From the NCBI RefSeq assembly GCF_000017845.1, contig NC_010546.1, positions 3,240,001-3,272,000 of the forward strand: DNA of 32,000 nucleotides, read 5' to 3'. Positions 15,848 through 25,157 of this stretch are shown here, piece after piece. The first letter of the stretch is position 1, and every line of letters begins with the position of its first letter. Below the pieces are notes generated by a model. The model saw only the letters and a program-made list of their open reading frames with translations, did not search any database and had not been told where the DNA came from. A program made the position numbers and the translations under genes. The stretch is from Crocosphaera subtropica ATCC 51142 (GTDB taxonomy: Bacteria; Cyanobacteriota; Cyanobacteriia; Cyanobacteriales; Microcystaceae).

Positions 15848-16013
15848 TACTTATAAAATTAATCTAAATCATCATTAATTATCTATTATTTATTAGAGCT
15901 TGTCAATTATTTTTTTAATGATAACTGTAAGATATTGTGAATTTAAAACACTTATTTTATCATCAAGTATAACACCTTAAAATTTTATGTCTTTACCTTT
16001 GCGTTAGTTTTAA

Positions 16014-16048
16014 GCTGATAGCTGACTGCTGATAGCTGAATACTGACA
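16014..16048. repeat. Heptamer tandem repeat GCTGAnn x5
   Basis: GCTGATA-GCTGACT-GCTGATA-GCTGAAT-ACTGACA, in the spacer between the giant membrane-protein gene and lipA. Confidence 0.85.
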
Positions 16049-16089
16049 TCTTGCAGTCTAAACTGGCAATTTATATGTTTACTAGCTTA

Positions 16090-19000
16090 TTAATCCCATG
16101 TTTCAAATTCTTGCATCCAATGATTAATTAGGGTGCTAATTTGAGTTCGTCTATTTTCAAAATTAGCAGCTATCCAAATAAATGTTAATCCTAATAGTAA
16201 ACCGATAATCCATTTTAACAGAGGATAACTAAAACTAACAATGACTAACTGATAAAAAACAGTGATTAAAAACGTGATCGTTCCATTAAATAAAAAACCA
16301 CGGGTTTTGAACCCTAAACCAATAATAATTAAAATAAATCCTAGCACCCCAGGAATAATTCCTGTTTCTCTGTAAAATAACAAGGAAACCATACCAACAA
16401 TTCCTGTGGCTATCAAACGAAGAGAATGTCTGACTGATTTTCCTTCTTCTCTTTGACAATAGGGTTCAAACACAATAATTGATAAAAGAGATAAACACAA
16501 TAAACTTGAATATAATAATAGGGATAATCGATCAACTGCACTTATATTATTATAAATAGCAACATTAATTAACAGTAAACTAGGATAGAATAAACGGGGT
16601 CTATTGGAGAGTTTGGAGAGAATACCATAACCAATAGAAGCAACCAGTAGAGTAATCGAATTGAAGCTACTAATAACTCCCAATAGAGGTAACGTAAATG
16701 CTAATAGATTCCAGGGTCTTTTTGACCATCCCCATTGTCTCCAAGGAAGAGTATAAATCACAATACTTAATAAAGAAAGGATAGAGCCTATTACATTAGA
16801 CAATAGAACAGAAGGAAAGCTTAAAAACCCATAAATAGTTGTTCCTCCCCCCTCTATAAATCCTAGATAAACCCAAATTTCTCCTTGTCTTTTGTCTAAA
16901 AAATTACGTCCTTCTAAAATAGCATATTGAGTTAAAAATAGTCCAGCACCTAACCCTATTAATTGTTGTGATTGAACAGGATATAATAAAGAGAATCCTA
17001 AACAAATACTACCGAAAATCCAATGTAAATGAGCAACAATTTTTAGCTCTCTGGTGGTTAAATAAAGATAGGAAGATAACCAAGGAGAAGCGAGGCGATA
17101 GCAATACATTATTCCTGTTGCTAATGCTGCCATACTTAAACATTTATCTCCCCAAGGTAAAGGCGAAATCTGATAAAATAAGAGTTCATAAGCAGAATAA
17201 GAAATAATAACAAGTGCTAGATAAATTAGGGGTTTAAACTTTTCTTTTCTGCGTCCAACTCCTATAATAATTAGGGCTAAACCCAGGGAAATTAAGCCAG
17301 TAAAATGATTAAAGAAATTCCACCGTAATGCCGTTCCTAATGCTCCATACAAAAGCGGTAAAATATGTAGACTACTTAAATATTGCGTTTCTCCTGTTCT
17401 TTTTTGCCACCATTCTCCAATGACTTGAAATAAAATACCTAAAACAATATTGATAAAAGCTAATAAGATCAAAGACTGACTCAACTTAGTTGTAATATTA
17501 ATTGTTAATAATTCCAACGTCCATCCTAACGTATAAAACATTAAATTATTAGGCTGTTTTTTAGTTCGATAAAGAATCCCTAGAAACAAAATACAGATCG
17601 CTACAATAACTGTTATAGAAGGATTCATGTAGTCCCAATAAATAGCAACAGAATGTAAAGTTAAAGTTGTTAATATCAAACCACAGATTATCATTCCCCA
17701 AACATCAACGACTTTTCTATAAACCTTAGCTAAGGATTGAGGTTTTTCTTTTAAATAACTCCAAACTAACCAAAGAGTCATTAAGGTGATACTATCGCTT
17801 ACTATCCAGATAGGAATTATGGATAAATCAAAAACTTCTATAACTTTTAAGAGGATAAGAGAACGGCAAAATATGATCATACCAACAGTTATCAATGCTG
17901 TAAAAAAATAAGGTAAAAAATAACTATGAATAAAAAGTAATGTCGTTCCCGTTGTCGAAGTAATAATTCTCGTTGGTAAAGGATTAGGATTTAAAAATTG
18001 TACAATTAAAATAACAATAACACTTGACCATAAAAAGACATTTTGTCTTGGATTTTGCCAACTCCGATAAGCCATACTTATCATAATCAGATTAAGGGTA
18101 ATTAGTAAAATGAGATCATTATTTAAAAGATAATCCGTGGATAATCGAAAAACAGTAAGAAAGATAATGTTGACTGTACATAACGTAATTCCCCATAAAT
18201 CTAATGCTTTTTTATAGTAATCAATAGAATTGCGTTGATAATAGTTAAGAAGATGATAAAGAATCCAAAAGATAGTAGCAGTAACTGATGCTAATAATGA
18301 CCAATATAGCCAAAATTGCTCTCCATACTTCAAACCATTATCTTCTAAAATAACAACAATTAATTCTAAGAAAAATCCAATGGTAATAAACCCTATACTA
18401 ACCTGCTTAAAAATCTGGGTTTGTACTACCATTAAAATGGTAGCAATTCCTAATTCTATCCATCCCCATGATGGTAAGGATAAAGCTGGAAGAGGCACAA
18501 CGGCTAATACTAATATGCTATACCATAATGATAATTTATTTTCTTCAGTCGTGGGTTGCCAACTACGATAAGTAACACTTCCCATTAAAATAACAGATGA
18601 AATTAAAACATTGGTTGTTGAAGTGTAAACTAAAGAAATATCAAACAATCTAATTAAAGTAATTAGAGATAAAATATAGGCATAACCATCAAAAGTTTGA
18701 GCATAAATAAACCCTAACTCTGACGTATTATCACTCAAAACATGGCGAACAAACCATAATAATAGGGTAATAATAACTCCTGATAGTATCCATAAAGAAG
18801 CAGATAAATTTAAAATATATAGATAGAAGAAAATTGAAGTTAATCCTAAACCAACAGTAATAATGACTGAATATAAATGACGTAAATATCGAGTATTGAT
18901 AATCATCAATATAGTGCCAATGACTAATCCAATTAACCGAGTTTCTGGAAAATAAACAGTTAATGCTTGTGTGAGACATATGGCAATAACACTTAATTCA

Positions 19001-21042
19001 CTAGCTAATTTTCTTCTCGGTACATACCAAATTGCGATCGCCGTTAACAAGCAAGGAACTAATAGCCAATTTAACCCCCAAAAAGATGAATTCACAGGCA
19101 ATTGAAACCATAATAGTCCATAGGATATAGTAGCTAACACTAATCCAATATTCCAGGTATTATAATTAATTAATTTGAGCAAAGATTCTTCAGAAAAAGT
19201 GATCAAAGATATTACAATCTCAGCCATCATTAACCCTAGTACAATTAGTGACCAAAGATTGATAGAAAGATCAGGGAAATAATAATTAATAGCAGAAATT
19301 ACTGTGAGAAGTACACCAATATGAGTTAATAAAGCTAATGGTTTTATAAAGAAATGTCGATTATGTTTGAGTTGGTATTTTGTTTCATAAGCTAATGTCA
19401 AGCTAGATAACATTAAATTAACGGTTCTAACTAGGGGATTGATTAAACTAATAGCTGTTAAAATAATTCCAAATAAAAAAGCTAACTGGCTGCTAAAATT
19501 ATATAATTTAACCTGATCTTGATCAATAAAAAAATGTCGTCCTAATACGATAAAAAATAAGAAAGGAAAAAGACCAACACTACTTAAAACAAAAGGATGA
19601 CTATTAGTGTTAGTCAAATCAATAATATTAGTCCATACAGTTTGAAGAATCGGTAAACGAACCATTAACCAATGAACTTGTAAACCGATGAGAAAAATCA
19701 AGATAAAATCACGCCGTGAACCAGAGATTTTAAAATGTTTTCCTAACCAAGTGATTGCCAACAAACTAATAGCGATCGCTTGACTGGGAATCACAAAAAC
19801 AGATAATAACCATCCTAGGGTTAATGTCCCACTCCCTAACCATTTCCAAGGGGTTTTGGGAGGTGATCGCCATCCCATTAACCAACCACATAAACTAATT
19901 GCTAAACCTAATTGAAAAATATTAACTTCAGCAATAAAAATAGCCCTCACTAAAAGAATCATCAAAGCATAAATAATAATCGCCTCAGTCAAACTAAAAG
20001 GCAAAAATCTTTTATTATTTATCTCAGTGTTTTTAGGAGAGATTAATGTAATAATTGTTGTGGCAATCACCCCTACATAAGTAGCAATTAAAGGAATTCC
20101 TGGGAGAGTCCATCCCCAGTGTAAATACGTTAAACCTAAATGATTTAATAACGGCAAAGAATGAGAACTAGATTGAGAGTTATCCTTAAATAACTTAATA
20201 GTTAATATTGTTAAAGATAGACTGCCGATTAACATTCCAATTAACCCTAAAAAAGTATGCCAGAGGGGAAAAGTATCCATGGCCAAGAAATTAATCGGAA
20301 CTAATAATAAAGTAACAATCCGTAATGCTTGGGTTGTTAATCTTAAATTTGCTTGTTTGCCTGTCCACCAACTAGCCACCCCAAACCCTAATGTATATAA
20401 CCAAAGAATGCCATATTGTAGAACCGCAGGAAACGTCTGCCACCAATTTGCTGCGATGACTCCCGAAGAAACCACCACCATAAACACCCCTAATAACAGT
20501 AACCAAATAACACTTAATTCTGCCATTAAGGATTGAATAATTTGGGGAATACTAGGAGTATTTCTCCGTTGATTACCAACCGTTGAAACTTTAGATTTAG
20601 AAGCCGATAAAGAGGGGATTAAAAATTGTTTAGTGGGGGGAACAGTTTGAAGCGGAACAGTCCGAACAGCACAAGTTAACTCTTTCTGTGCAATGTTTTT
20701 AACCTGTTCATGATTTAATAATCCTAATTGTAACCAACGATCTAATCCTTGTAATATACAGGGGTTAGTTGCTTCAATTTTAACTGTTAAATTAAATAGT
20801 GTTTCATCAGAAATACAATCAACCTCTTGTAAAACTTGTAATTGTTTAATTAAATTGCTAATACTTAGAGTCGTTTTAAAATTAACTTGAAACGAATCAT
20901 TACTACTAATAAGTCTAGCAGGAACTCTCTGTTCAGAAATCAAGCCTAAATCTAGCCAATATTGCCACCCTTCTAACAATTCAGAGATAGCTGTTTTTTG
21001 AGTGATTTGAATAGAAATGGAGTGTTCCCTTGGCGATGACAT
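16090..21042 (-). CDS. Giant (1650 aa) polytopic membrane protein of unknown function
   Basis: An uninterrupted 4953-nt ORF in AT-rich DNA with an ATG start. A soluble N-terminus of about 165 aa is followed by almost continuous hydrophobic helices. Internal ~165-aa repeats are described in the findings. Confidence 0.9.
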   Translation of the reverse strand: MSSPREHSISIQITQKTAISELLEGWQYWLDLGLISEQRVPARLISSNDSFQVNFKTTLSISNLIKQLQVLQEVDCISDETLFNLTVKIEATNPCILQGLDRWLQLGLLNHEQVKNIAQKELTCAVRTVPLQTVPPTKQFLIPSLSASKSKVSTVGNQRRNTPSIPQIIQSLMAELSVIWLLLLGVFMVVVSSGVIAANWWQTFPAVLQYGILWLYTLGFGVASWWTGKQANLRLTTQALRIVTLLLVPINFLAMDTFPLWHTFLGLIGMLIGSLSLTILTIKLFKDNSQSSSHSLPLLNHLGLTYLHWGWTLPGIPLIATYVGVIATTIITLISPKNTEINNKRFLPFSLTEAIIIYALMILLVRAIFIAEVNIFQLGLAISLCGWLMGWRSPPKTPWKWLGSGTLTLGWLLSVFVIPSQAIAISLLAITWLGKHFKISGSRRDFILIFLIGLQVHWLMVRLPILQTVWTNIIDLTNTNSHPFVLSSVGLFPFLFFIVLGRHFFIDQDQVKLYNFSSQLAFLFGIILTAISLINPLVRTVNLMLSSLTLAYETKYQLKHNRHFFIKPLALLTHIGVLLTVISAINYYFPDLSINLWSLIVLGLMMAEIVISLITFSEESLLKLINYNTWNIGLVLATISYGLLWFQLPVNSSFWGLNWLLVPCLLTAIAIWYVPRRKLASELSVIAICLTQALTVYFPETRLIGLVIGTILMIINTRYLRHLYSVIITVGLGLTSIFFYLYILNLSASLWILSGVIITLLLWFVRHVLSDNTSELGFIYAQTFDGYAYILSLITLIRLFDISLVYTSTTNVLISSVILMGSVTYRSWQPTTEENKLSLWYSILVLAVVPLPALSLPSWGWIELGIATILMVVQTQIFKQVSIGFITIGFFLELIVVILEDNGLKYGEQFWLYWSLLASVTATIFWILYHLLNYYQRNSIDYYKKALDLWGITLCTVNIIFLTVFRLSTDYLLNNDLILLITLNLIMISMAYRSWQNPRQNVFLWSSVIVILIVQFLNPNPLPTRIITSTTGTTLLFIHSYFLPYFFTALITVGMIIFCRSLILLKVIEVFDLSIIPIWIVSDSITLMTLWLVWSYLKEKPQSLAKVYRKVVDVWGMIICGLILTTLTLHSVAIYWDYMNPSITVIVAICILFLGILYRTKKQPNNLMFYTLGWTLELLTINITTKLSQSLILLAFINIVLGILFQVIGEWWQKRTGETQYLSSLHILPLLYGALGTALRWNFFNHFTGLISLGLALIIIGVGRRKEKFKPLIYLALVIISYSAYELLFYQISPLPWGDKCLSMAALATGIMYCYRLASPWLSSYLYLTTRELKIVAHLHWIFGSICLGFSLLYPVQSQQLIGLGAGLFLTQYAILEGRNFLDKRQGEIWVYLGFIEGGGTTIYGFLSFPSVLLSNVIGSILSLLSIVIYTLPWRQWGWSKRPWNLLAFTLPLLGVISSFNSITLLVASIGYGILSKLSNRPRLFYPSLLLINVAIYNNISAVDRLSLLLYSSLLCLSLLSIIVFEPYCQREEGKSVRHSLRLIATGIVGMVSLLFYRETGIIPGVLGFILIIIGLGFKTRGFLFNGTITFLITVFYQLVIVSFSYPLLKWIIGLLLGLTFIWIAANFENRRTQISTLINHWMQEFETWD

Positions 21043-21106
21043 GAAAAAGTCCTAACAGCAGTTTTCAAGTAGGTCTATCAATATTTTAGGTCAATCCTCA
21101 ATTATA

Positions 21107-21127
21107 CTGTTGCCTGTTGCCTATTTC
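21107..21127. repeat. Heptamer tandem repeat CTGTTGC x2 (+1 degenerate)
   Basis: CTGTTGC-CTGTTGC-CTATTTC, located 65 nt upstream of the giant gene start. Confidence 0.7.
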
Positions 21128-21189
21128 CTTAAAGCGATCGCCTATGTAGCTCACGAGCAGGAGAACTGTTATAGTCAACATTTTAATCC

Positions 21190-21217
21190 AAAAAAAATGG
21201 GTGAGTTGGACTCACCC
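21190..21217 (-). terminator. Rho-independent terminator of chlP
   Basis: On the minus strand, GGGTGAGT-CCA-ACTCACCC is followed by T8 (plus-strand A-run 21190-21197). It lies 29 nt after the chlP stop codon. Confidence 0.9.
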
Positions 21218-21245
21218 TAACACTTGACTTAATCAGATAAAAACA

Positions 21246-22466
21246 CTATGGGGCTAAAGCGTTGCCTCGTAGTAAACTACCGATGGTTTTAGCGGTAATT
21301 TTCATTTGTACTAGGGGGTTAGCCGGGACAACGGTTTTGTAGAGATAACTATCAAAGGTCATCCGTTGTACATCCTTATCCGCACACATTTCAACAAACG
21401 CCTCACGGGTAGCATCCGTACGATAGAAGACCCGTTGTAGGATATCTAAAACAAGGTAAGTCATACCGTATTGCTTATCCCAACGCTTGAGATAGACTTT
21501 TAAATCCTCTTCGGTGGGAATACGTTGACCGGCGTTGCTCATTTCCACGATGGTTTCAGCACACATACGGGCTGATTTGGCAGCGAAATAGATACCTTCC
21601 CCAGAGGACTTGGTAACAGTGCCGGCTGCGTCTCCTACCAACGCCACACGACCCACGACACGACGGGGACGGGGATGTTCGGGGATAGGATGGGCTTCTA
21701 CTTTAATAATCTCACCGCCTTCGAGTCTGCGGGCTGCACGGGCGCGAATACCGGCTTGTAGGTCTTTGATAAGGGTTTTGTTAACCTTCATGGTTCCCGT
21801 TCCTACGGCCACATGGTCGTATTTAGGGAATACCCAAGCGTAGAAGTCGGGGGAAACATCTTTACCCACATACATCTCTGCTAAGTCTTCGTAGTAAGCC
21901 ATTTTGTCTTGAGGTAAGCGGATACGCTCTTGGAAAGCGATCGCATAATTATAGTCCCCTGCATCAATGGCTTTGGCAATGCGGGAGTTTGCCCCATCTG
22001 CACCGATAACCACATCCACTTGCAGGGTTTTCTTTTCTCCTACAGCGTTACCGTTAGAATGATCGGCATAATGGAGGGTATAAGCACCGTTGCTTGTTTT
22101 CGGAATATCTAATTGATAAACCGTTCCATTAATCAGGTTAGCCCCCAACCTAGCAGCGCGATCTCTCAAGAAACCGTCCAGCACTTCCCGACGACACATT
22201 CCGATGTATTCGTCTTGGCGATCAAGATTAATATCAACTTCAATATTGGATGGGGAGATCATTTTCATCTTCCGCACCCGTCGATCAATAATTTCAGGGG
22301 GTAAATCAAACTCGCTTACCATACATAGGGGAATAGCACCCCCACAAGGTTTAGCGTTATCTAATTTTCGTTCAAATAAATATGTTTCTATGCCAGCTTT
22401 TGCTAATGTTTCGGCGGCGGAAGATCCGGCCGGCCCTGAACCGACAACAGCTACCCGTAAAACCAA
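21246..22466 (-). CDS. chlP: Geranylgeranyl diphosphate/chlorophyll reductase
   Basis: 406 aa. (M)VLRVAVVGSGPAGSSAAE FAD fold and LDNAKPCGGAIPLCMV. The start codon at 22464-22466 is TTG. Confidence 0.96.
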   Translation of the reverse strand: MVLRVAVVGSGPAGSSAAETLAKAGIETYLFERKLDNAKPCGGAIPLCMVSEFDLPPEIIDRRVRKMKMISPSNIEVDINLDRQDEYIGMCRREVLDGFLRDRAARLGANLINGTVYQLDIPKTSNGAYTLHYADHSNGNAVGEKKTLQVDVVIGADGANSRIAKAIDAGDYNYAIAFQERIRLPQDKMAYYEDLAEMYVGKDVSPDFYAWVFPKYDHVAVGTGTMKVNKTLIKDLQAGIRARAARRLEGGEIIKVEAHPIPEHPRPRRVVGRVALVGDAAGTVTKSSGEGIYFAAKSARMCAETIVEMSNAGQRIPTEEDLKVYLKRWDKQYGMTYLVLDILQRVFYRTDATREAFVEMCADKDVQRMTFDSYLYKTVVPANPLVQMKITAKTIGSLLRGNALAP

Positions 22467-22636
22467 GGCTATTCTCCTAATTTCCAGAAGGGATTACGGA
22501 TTGCATCGTATCATGGACGTTTACTTTTATGGGGTCAATCTGCGAAAATTAGCCAATTTTGCAATACAGCTTAACAACTCTTGTTACATTCCTTTACAAT
22601 TCATGAGAATAATCGCTCATTTTCAATAACTTTCAT

Positions 22637-24550
22637 TTAAGAATCTAAATACTCCTTAAATTTCTTTCTTAATTGTTCAATGCTCAAATCTTTGCTTAAA
22701 AACTCCACAAACGCTTGACCAAAGGCCCAAGCATTGTCTTGAATCTTTCCAGACGTATCTAATAATAATGGCCATAACGATAGTAAATCAAACTTTTGAT
22801 GATGATCATCATCTTCAAACAAACAAAACAGATCATAAGCCATTTGCAGTTTACCAATGACAATGGGTAATTGTTCGACGGGAATCTGTTCAGCTAAGGC
22901 ATAAGCTAACCCAGGAGAACCGGTACTTAAGGTAGAAATAAACTGTAATACAGGACTTTTTAATAAAGCAGTTATCCCTTGGGTGGTACTCAGTCTTAAA
23001 GTACAAGTTTCAATAATTTTAGTGGCAGCAACGGATCGCGCTTTTTGTTGTTGTAAAAAACGGGCTAACCTTAATTGTTTCGACGGTTCAATTGATTCTA
23101 ATAACGTATTCGTTAAAGCTTCTACCCCCCAACTATCTCGGTTTGTGGTTACGTCACTGGTAACCAGGGGTAAAACGATGTCGTATTCTTCCCCAAATAC
23201 CTCCATACGGTATGTTGTTGCCTCTCTGATACTTATTTCTTTGGGTAAGGTTCCCTGTTGCCAGTTATAAGGAGGTTGCCACTCTCTAATGGGTCGTAAG
23301 CGATCCACTTGGGTTACGATGACAATGATCGGTAAGTCTGCAATGTCTTCTTTAACCGCCTTAAGAAAGGTCATATCAATGTCTAAGGAGGGATCAAGGG
23401 CAGGGGTAACTAATAGCAATAAATCAGCCTTTGTACAATACTTTAACACCTGTTCTCGGAACTCAGGACGGTTAATTTGTTCATACCCCGGCGTATCCCA
23501 AAGGGTTAAAGAGTCCCCTGTTGGACTGTCCCAGTGATAAGCAGTAAAATCATCGGTACTGGGTAAAATATCAACTTCTGCTTTGTCTGTTTTAAATAAG
23601 GTATTGATCAGGCTACTTTTTCCGGCCCCCGTTCGTCCTGCGAGTAAAATATTAATGGGTTTGGCTTCTATTTCTTCAACTGGTTTGGCTTTTGCAAGGA
23701 TGTCTCTGAGGGTTTCGGTTTTAGCAGTAGAAGGACTTTTTTCTTTGACGGATAAGGAGTCTGAAGGAAGAAGATTTTTGTCGCTGTAAAGGGCGATCGC
23801 TTGTTGGGCCAGGGTTTTTAAAGCGGTTTCTCGGAAGGTTTGCCCTAAATTCACTAATAATTGTTGATTGGCTTGTTTTGTCGATTGTAAGCTAGTTTGT
23901 CTGGCGATCGCTGCAGCCGGGTTGAGTATCCATTGACTCCAGTTCCACACTCGCCAGAGTTTACGGGCATTGGGTTCTAATTTTTGATACACTTCATAGG
24001 CTTGGTATGCTTGGGCGATACTCACTTGAGTTAGGACAGGGGATAATTTTTGCATCCAGCGATCAAGATCGTCGACAGTTCCTCGGATCAGTCCGTATGC
24101 TTGGGGAATATAGATATTGAGTAACGGATATTTGATTTCTGGGTGATAAATTTGGGCGATCGCACTGACTAAATTTTGACACCGTTGCCAAAAAATTGCC
24201 CAGTCTTCCCAAAAGGGTGGATCATTGCGAGTTTCTTGGATAATCTCGCCTAGAATACTCTCTATCTTATTCAAAGTTTCTTTATCCCCAACGGTTGCAG
24301 CCATTTCTTTTTGTTCGTTATCAACTTCTTCGTTAACTTGAGTGATTAAGGTTTCAATTTGTTGTTCTACGGGTTTAGTCCATTTCACCAATAACCAACG
24401 CCAACCCAATAACATTAAGATAAAAATACCCCAAATCCAATTAATTCCCCATTGATGAATTTGTAATCCTGCTGCAATAATAAAAAAACTAACACTAATA
24501 ACTAGGGGACTGGCTAATACGAGCCATTGCCAAGATTTTAATTTAATCAT
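22637..24550 (-). CDS. Membrane-anchored P-loop GTPase (Era/MMR_HSR1-like domain in the middle of the protein)
   Basis: 637 aa. Two N-terminal TM helices, G1 motif LLAGRTGAGKSSLIN, G3 motif LWDTPGY and a G4-like TQVD, followed by an extra C-terminal domain of about 170 aa. Confidence 0.85.
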   Translation of the reverse strand: MIKLKSWQWLVLASPLVISVSFFIIAAGLQIHQWGINWIWGIFILMLLGWRWLLVKWTKPVEQQIETLITQVNEEVDNEQKEMAATVGDKETLNKIESILGEIIQETRNDPPFWEDWAIFWQRCQNLVSAIAQIYHPEIKYPLLNIYIPQAYGLIRGTVDDLDRWMQKLSPVLTQVSIAQAYQAYEVYQKLEPNARKLWRVWNWSQWILNPAAAIARQTSLQSTKQANQQLLVNLGQTFRETALKTLAQQAIALYSDKNLLPSDSLSVKEKSPSTAKTETLRDILAKAKPVEEIEAKPINILLAGRTGAGKSSLINTLFKTDKAEVDILPSTDDFTAYHWDSPTGDSLTLWDTPGYEQINRPEFREQVLKYCTKADLLLLVTPALDPSLDIDMTFLKAVKEDIADLPIIVIVTQVDRLRPIREWQPPYNWQQGTLPKEISIREATTYRMEVFGEEYDIVLPLVTSDVTTNRDSWGVEALTNTLLESIEPSKQLRLARFLQQQKARSVAATKIIETCTLRLSTTQGITALLKSPVLQFISTLSTGSPGLAYALAEQIPVEQLPIVIGKLQMAYDLFCLFEDDDHHQKFDLLSLWPLLLDTSGKIQDNAWAFGQAFVEFLSKDLSIEQLRKKFKEYLDS

Positions 24551-24669
24551 TTTCTTTAATTTTCCTGTATAATAATTATTATTTTATCTAAATAATATTG
24601 AAAATTTAGCAATAGTTGCAAAAACAATTCAATTCATCATCAATCTTTCTCTCTCCTTTATCGTAAATT

Positions 24670-25044
24670 ATGCCCTCTTTGACCCTCTCAGAAATTACTT
24701 ATTATCGTTCTCAACTGGCTGACTATCCTGATGCTATCATTGCTTTAGATGAAATTGTTGTTTGTGATGGTGACTTAGATGATGCGGCCATTAACCTGGC
24801 TTTGAGTGTGGGACAAACCCCCGATCGCACGGACTGGTTAGAGGGATTAGCTAAACGATATCGGGTAGAAATTTGTCAAGAAAACCTGATTAATGAATTG
24901 TCTCAAGGTCACATTATTCCTGTAATTAATCATTTAATGACCACTAAAATCGGCCCAGATATTTTAGTTCTACCTGTGGTTTTGTATGTTCTTAAAACAG
25001 GCGTTGATGAGTTTTGTTCTCCTTTAAATCTCAAAATAACATAA
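24670..25044 (+). CDS. Conserved hypothetical protein
   Basis: 124-aa ORF with an ATG start, divergent from the GTPase gene. No family recognised. Confidence 0.65.
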   Translation: MPSLTLSEITYYRSQLADYPDAIIALDEIVVCDGDLDDAAINLALSVGQTPDRTDWLEGLAKRYRVEICQENLINELSQGHIIPVINHLMTTKIGPDILVLPVVLYVLKTGVDEFCSPLNLKIT

Positions 25045-25157
25045 CCTAAGTTCGGAGTTCGGATTTAGATAAGATTTTATGGAATAATAGAAGTTCAAGA
25101 CAATGATTTTGTTGCCTTTGTCACTTATCCTAAATTCACACAAAAATGATTAATTTT

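Noticed and set aside
16968-20536. Short ORFs inside or opposite the giant membrane-protein gene (16968-17207, 18380-18571, 18731-18979, 20279-20536)
   Set aside because: They lie fully within a 4953-nt uninterrupted ORF and have no independent support.
16090-21042. Low GC content of the giant gene as evidence of horizontal transfer
   Set aside because: Sampled 60-nt lines range from about 27 to 48 percent GC. The bias is expected from a protein dominated by F/I/L/Y/N codons, and two HIP1 sites are present. Composition alone is therefore not evidence.
21610-22629. Four plus-strand ORFs (21610-21843, 21930-22112, 22113-22304, 22204-22629) antisense to chlP
   Set aside because: These are shadow ORFs opposite a highly conserved gene. 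Their translations are low-complexity or Arg/Ser/Pro-rich and have no recognisable motifs.
22983-23789. Three plus-strand ORFs antisense to the GTPase gene
   Set aside because: They are shadow ORFs. The minus-strand frame carries the G1/G3/G4 motifs.
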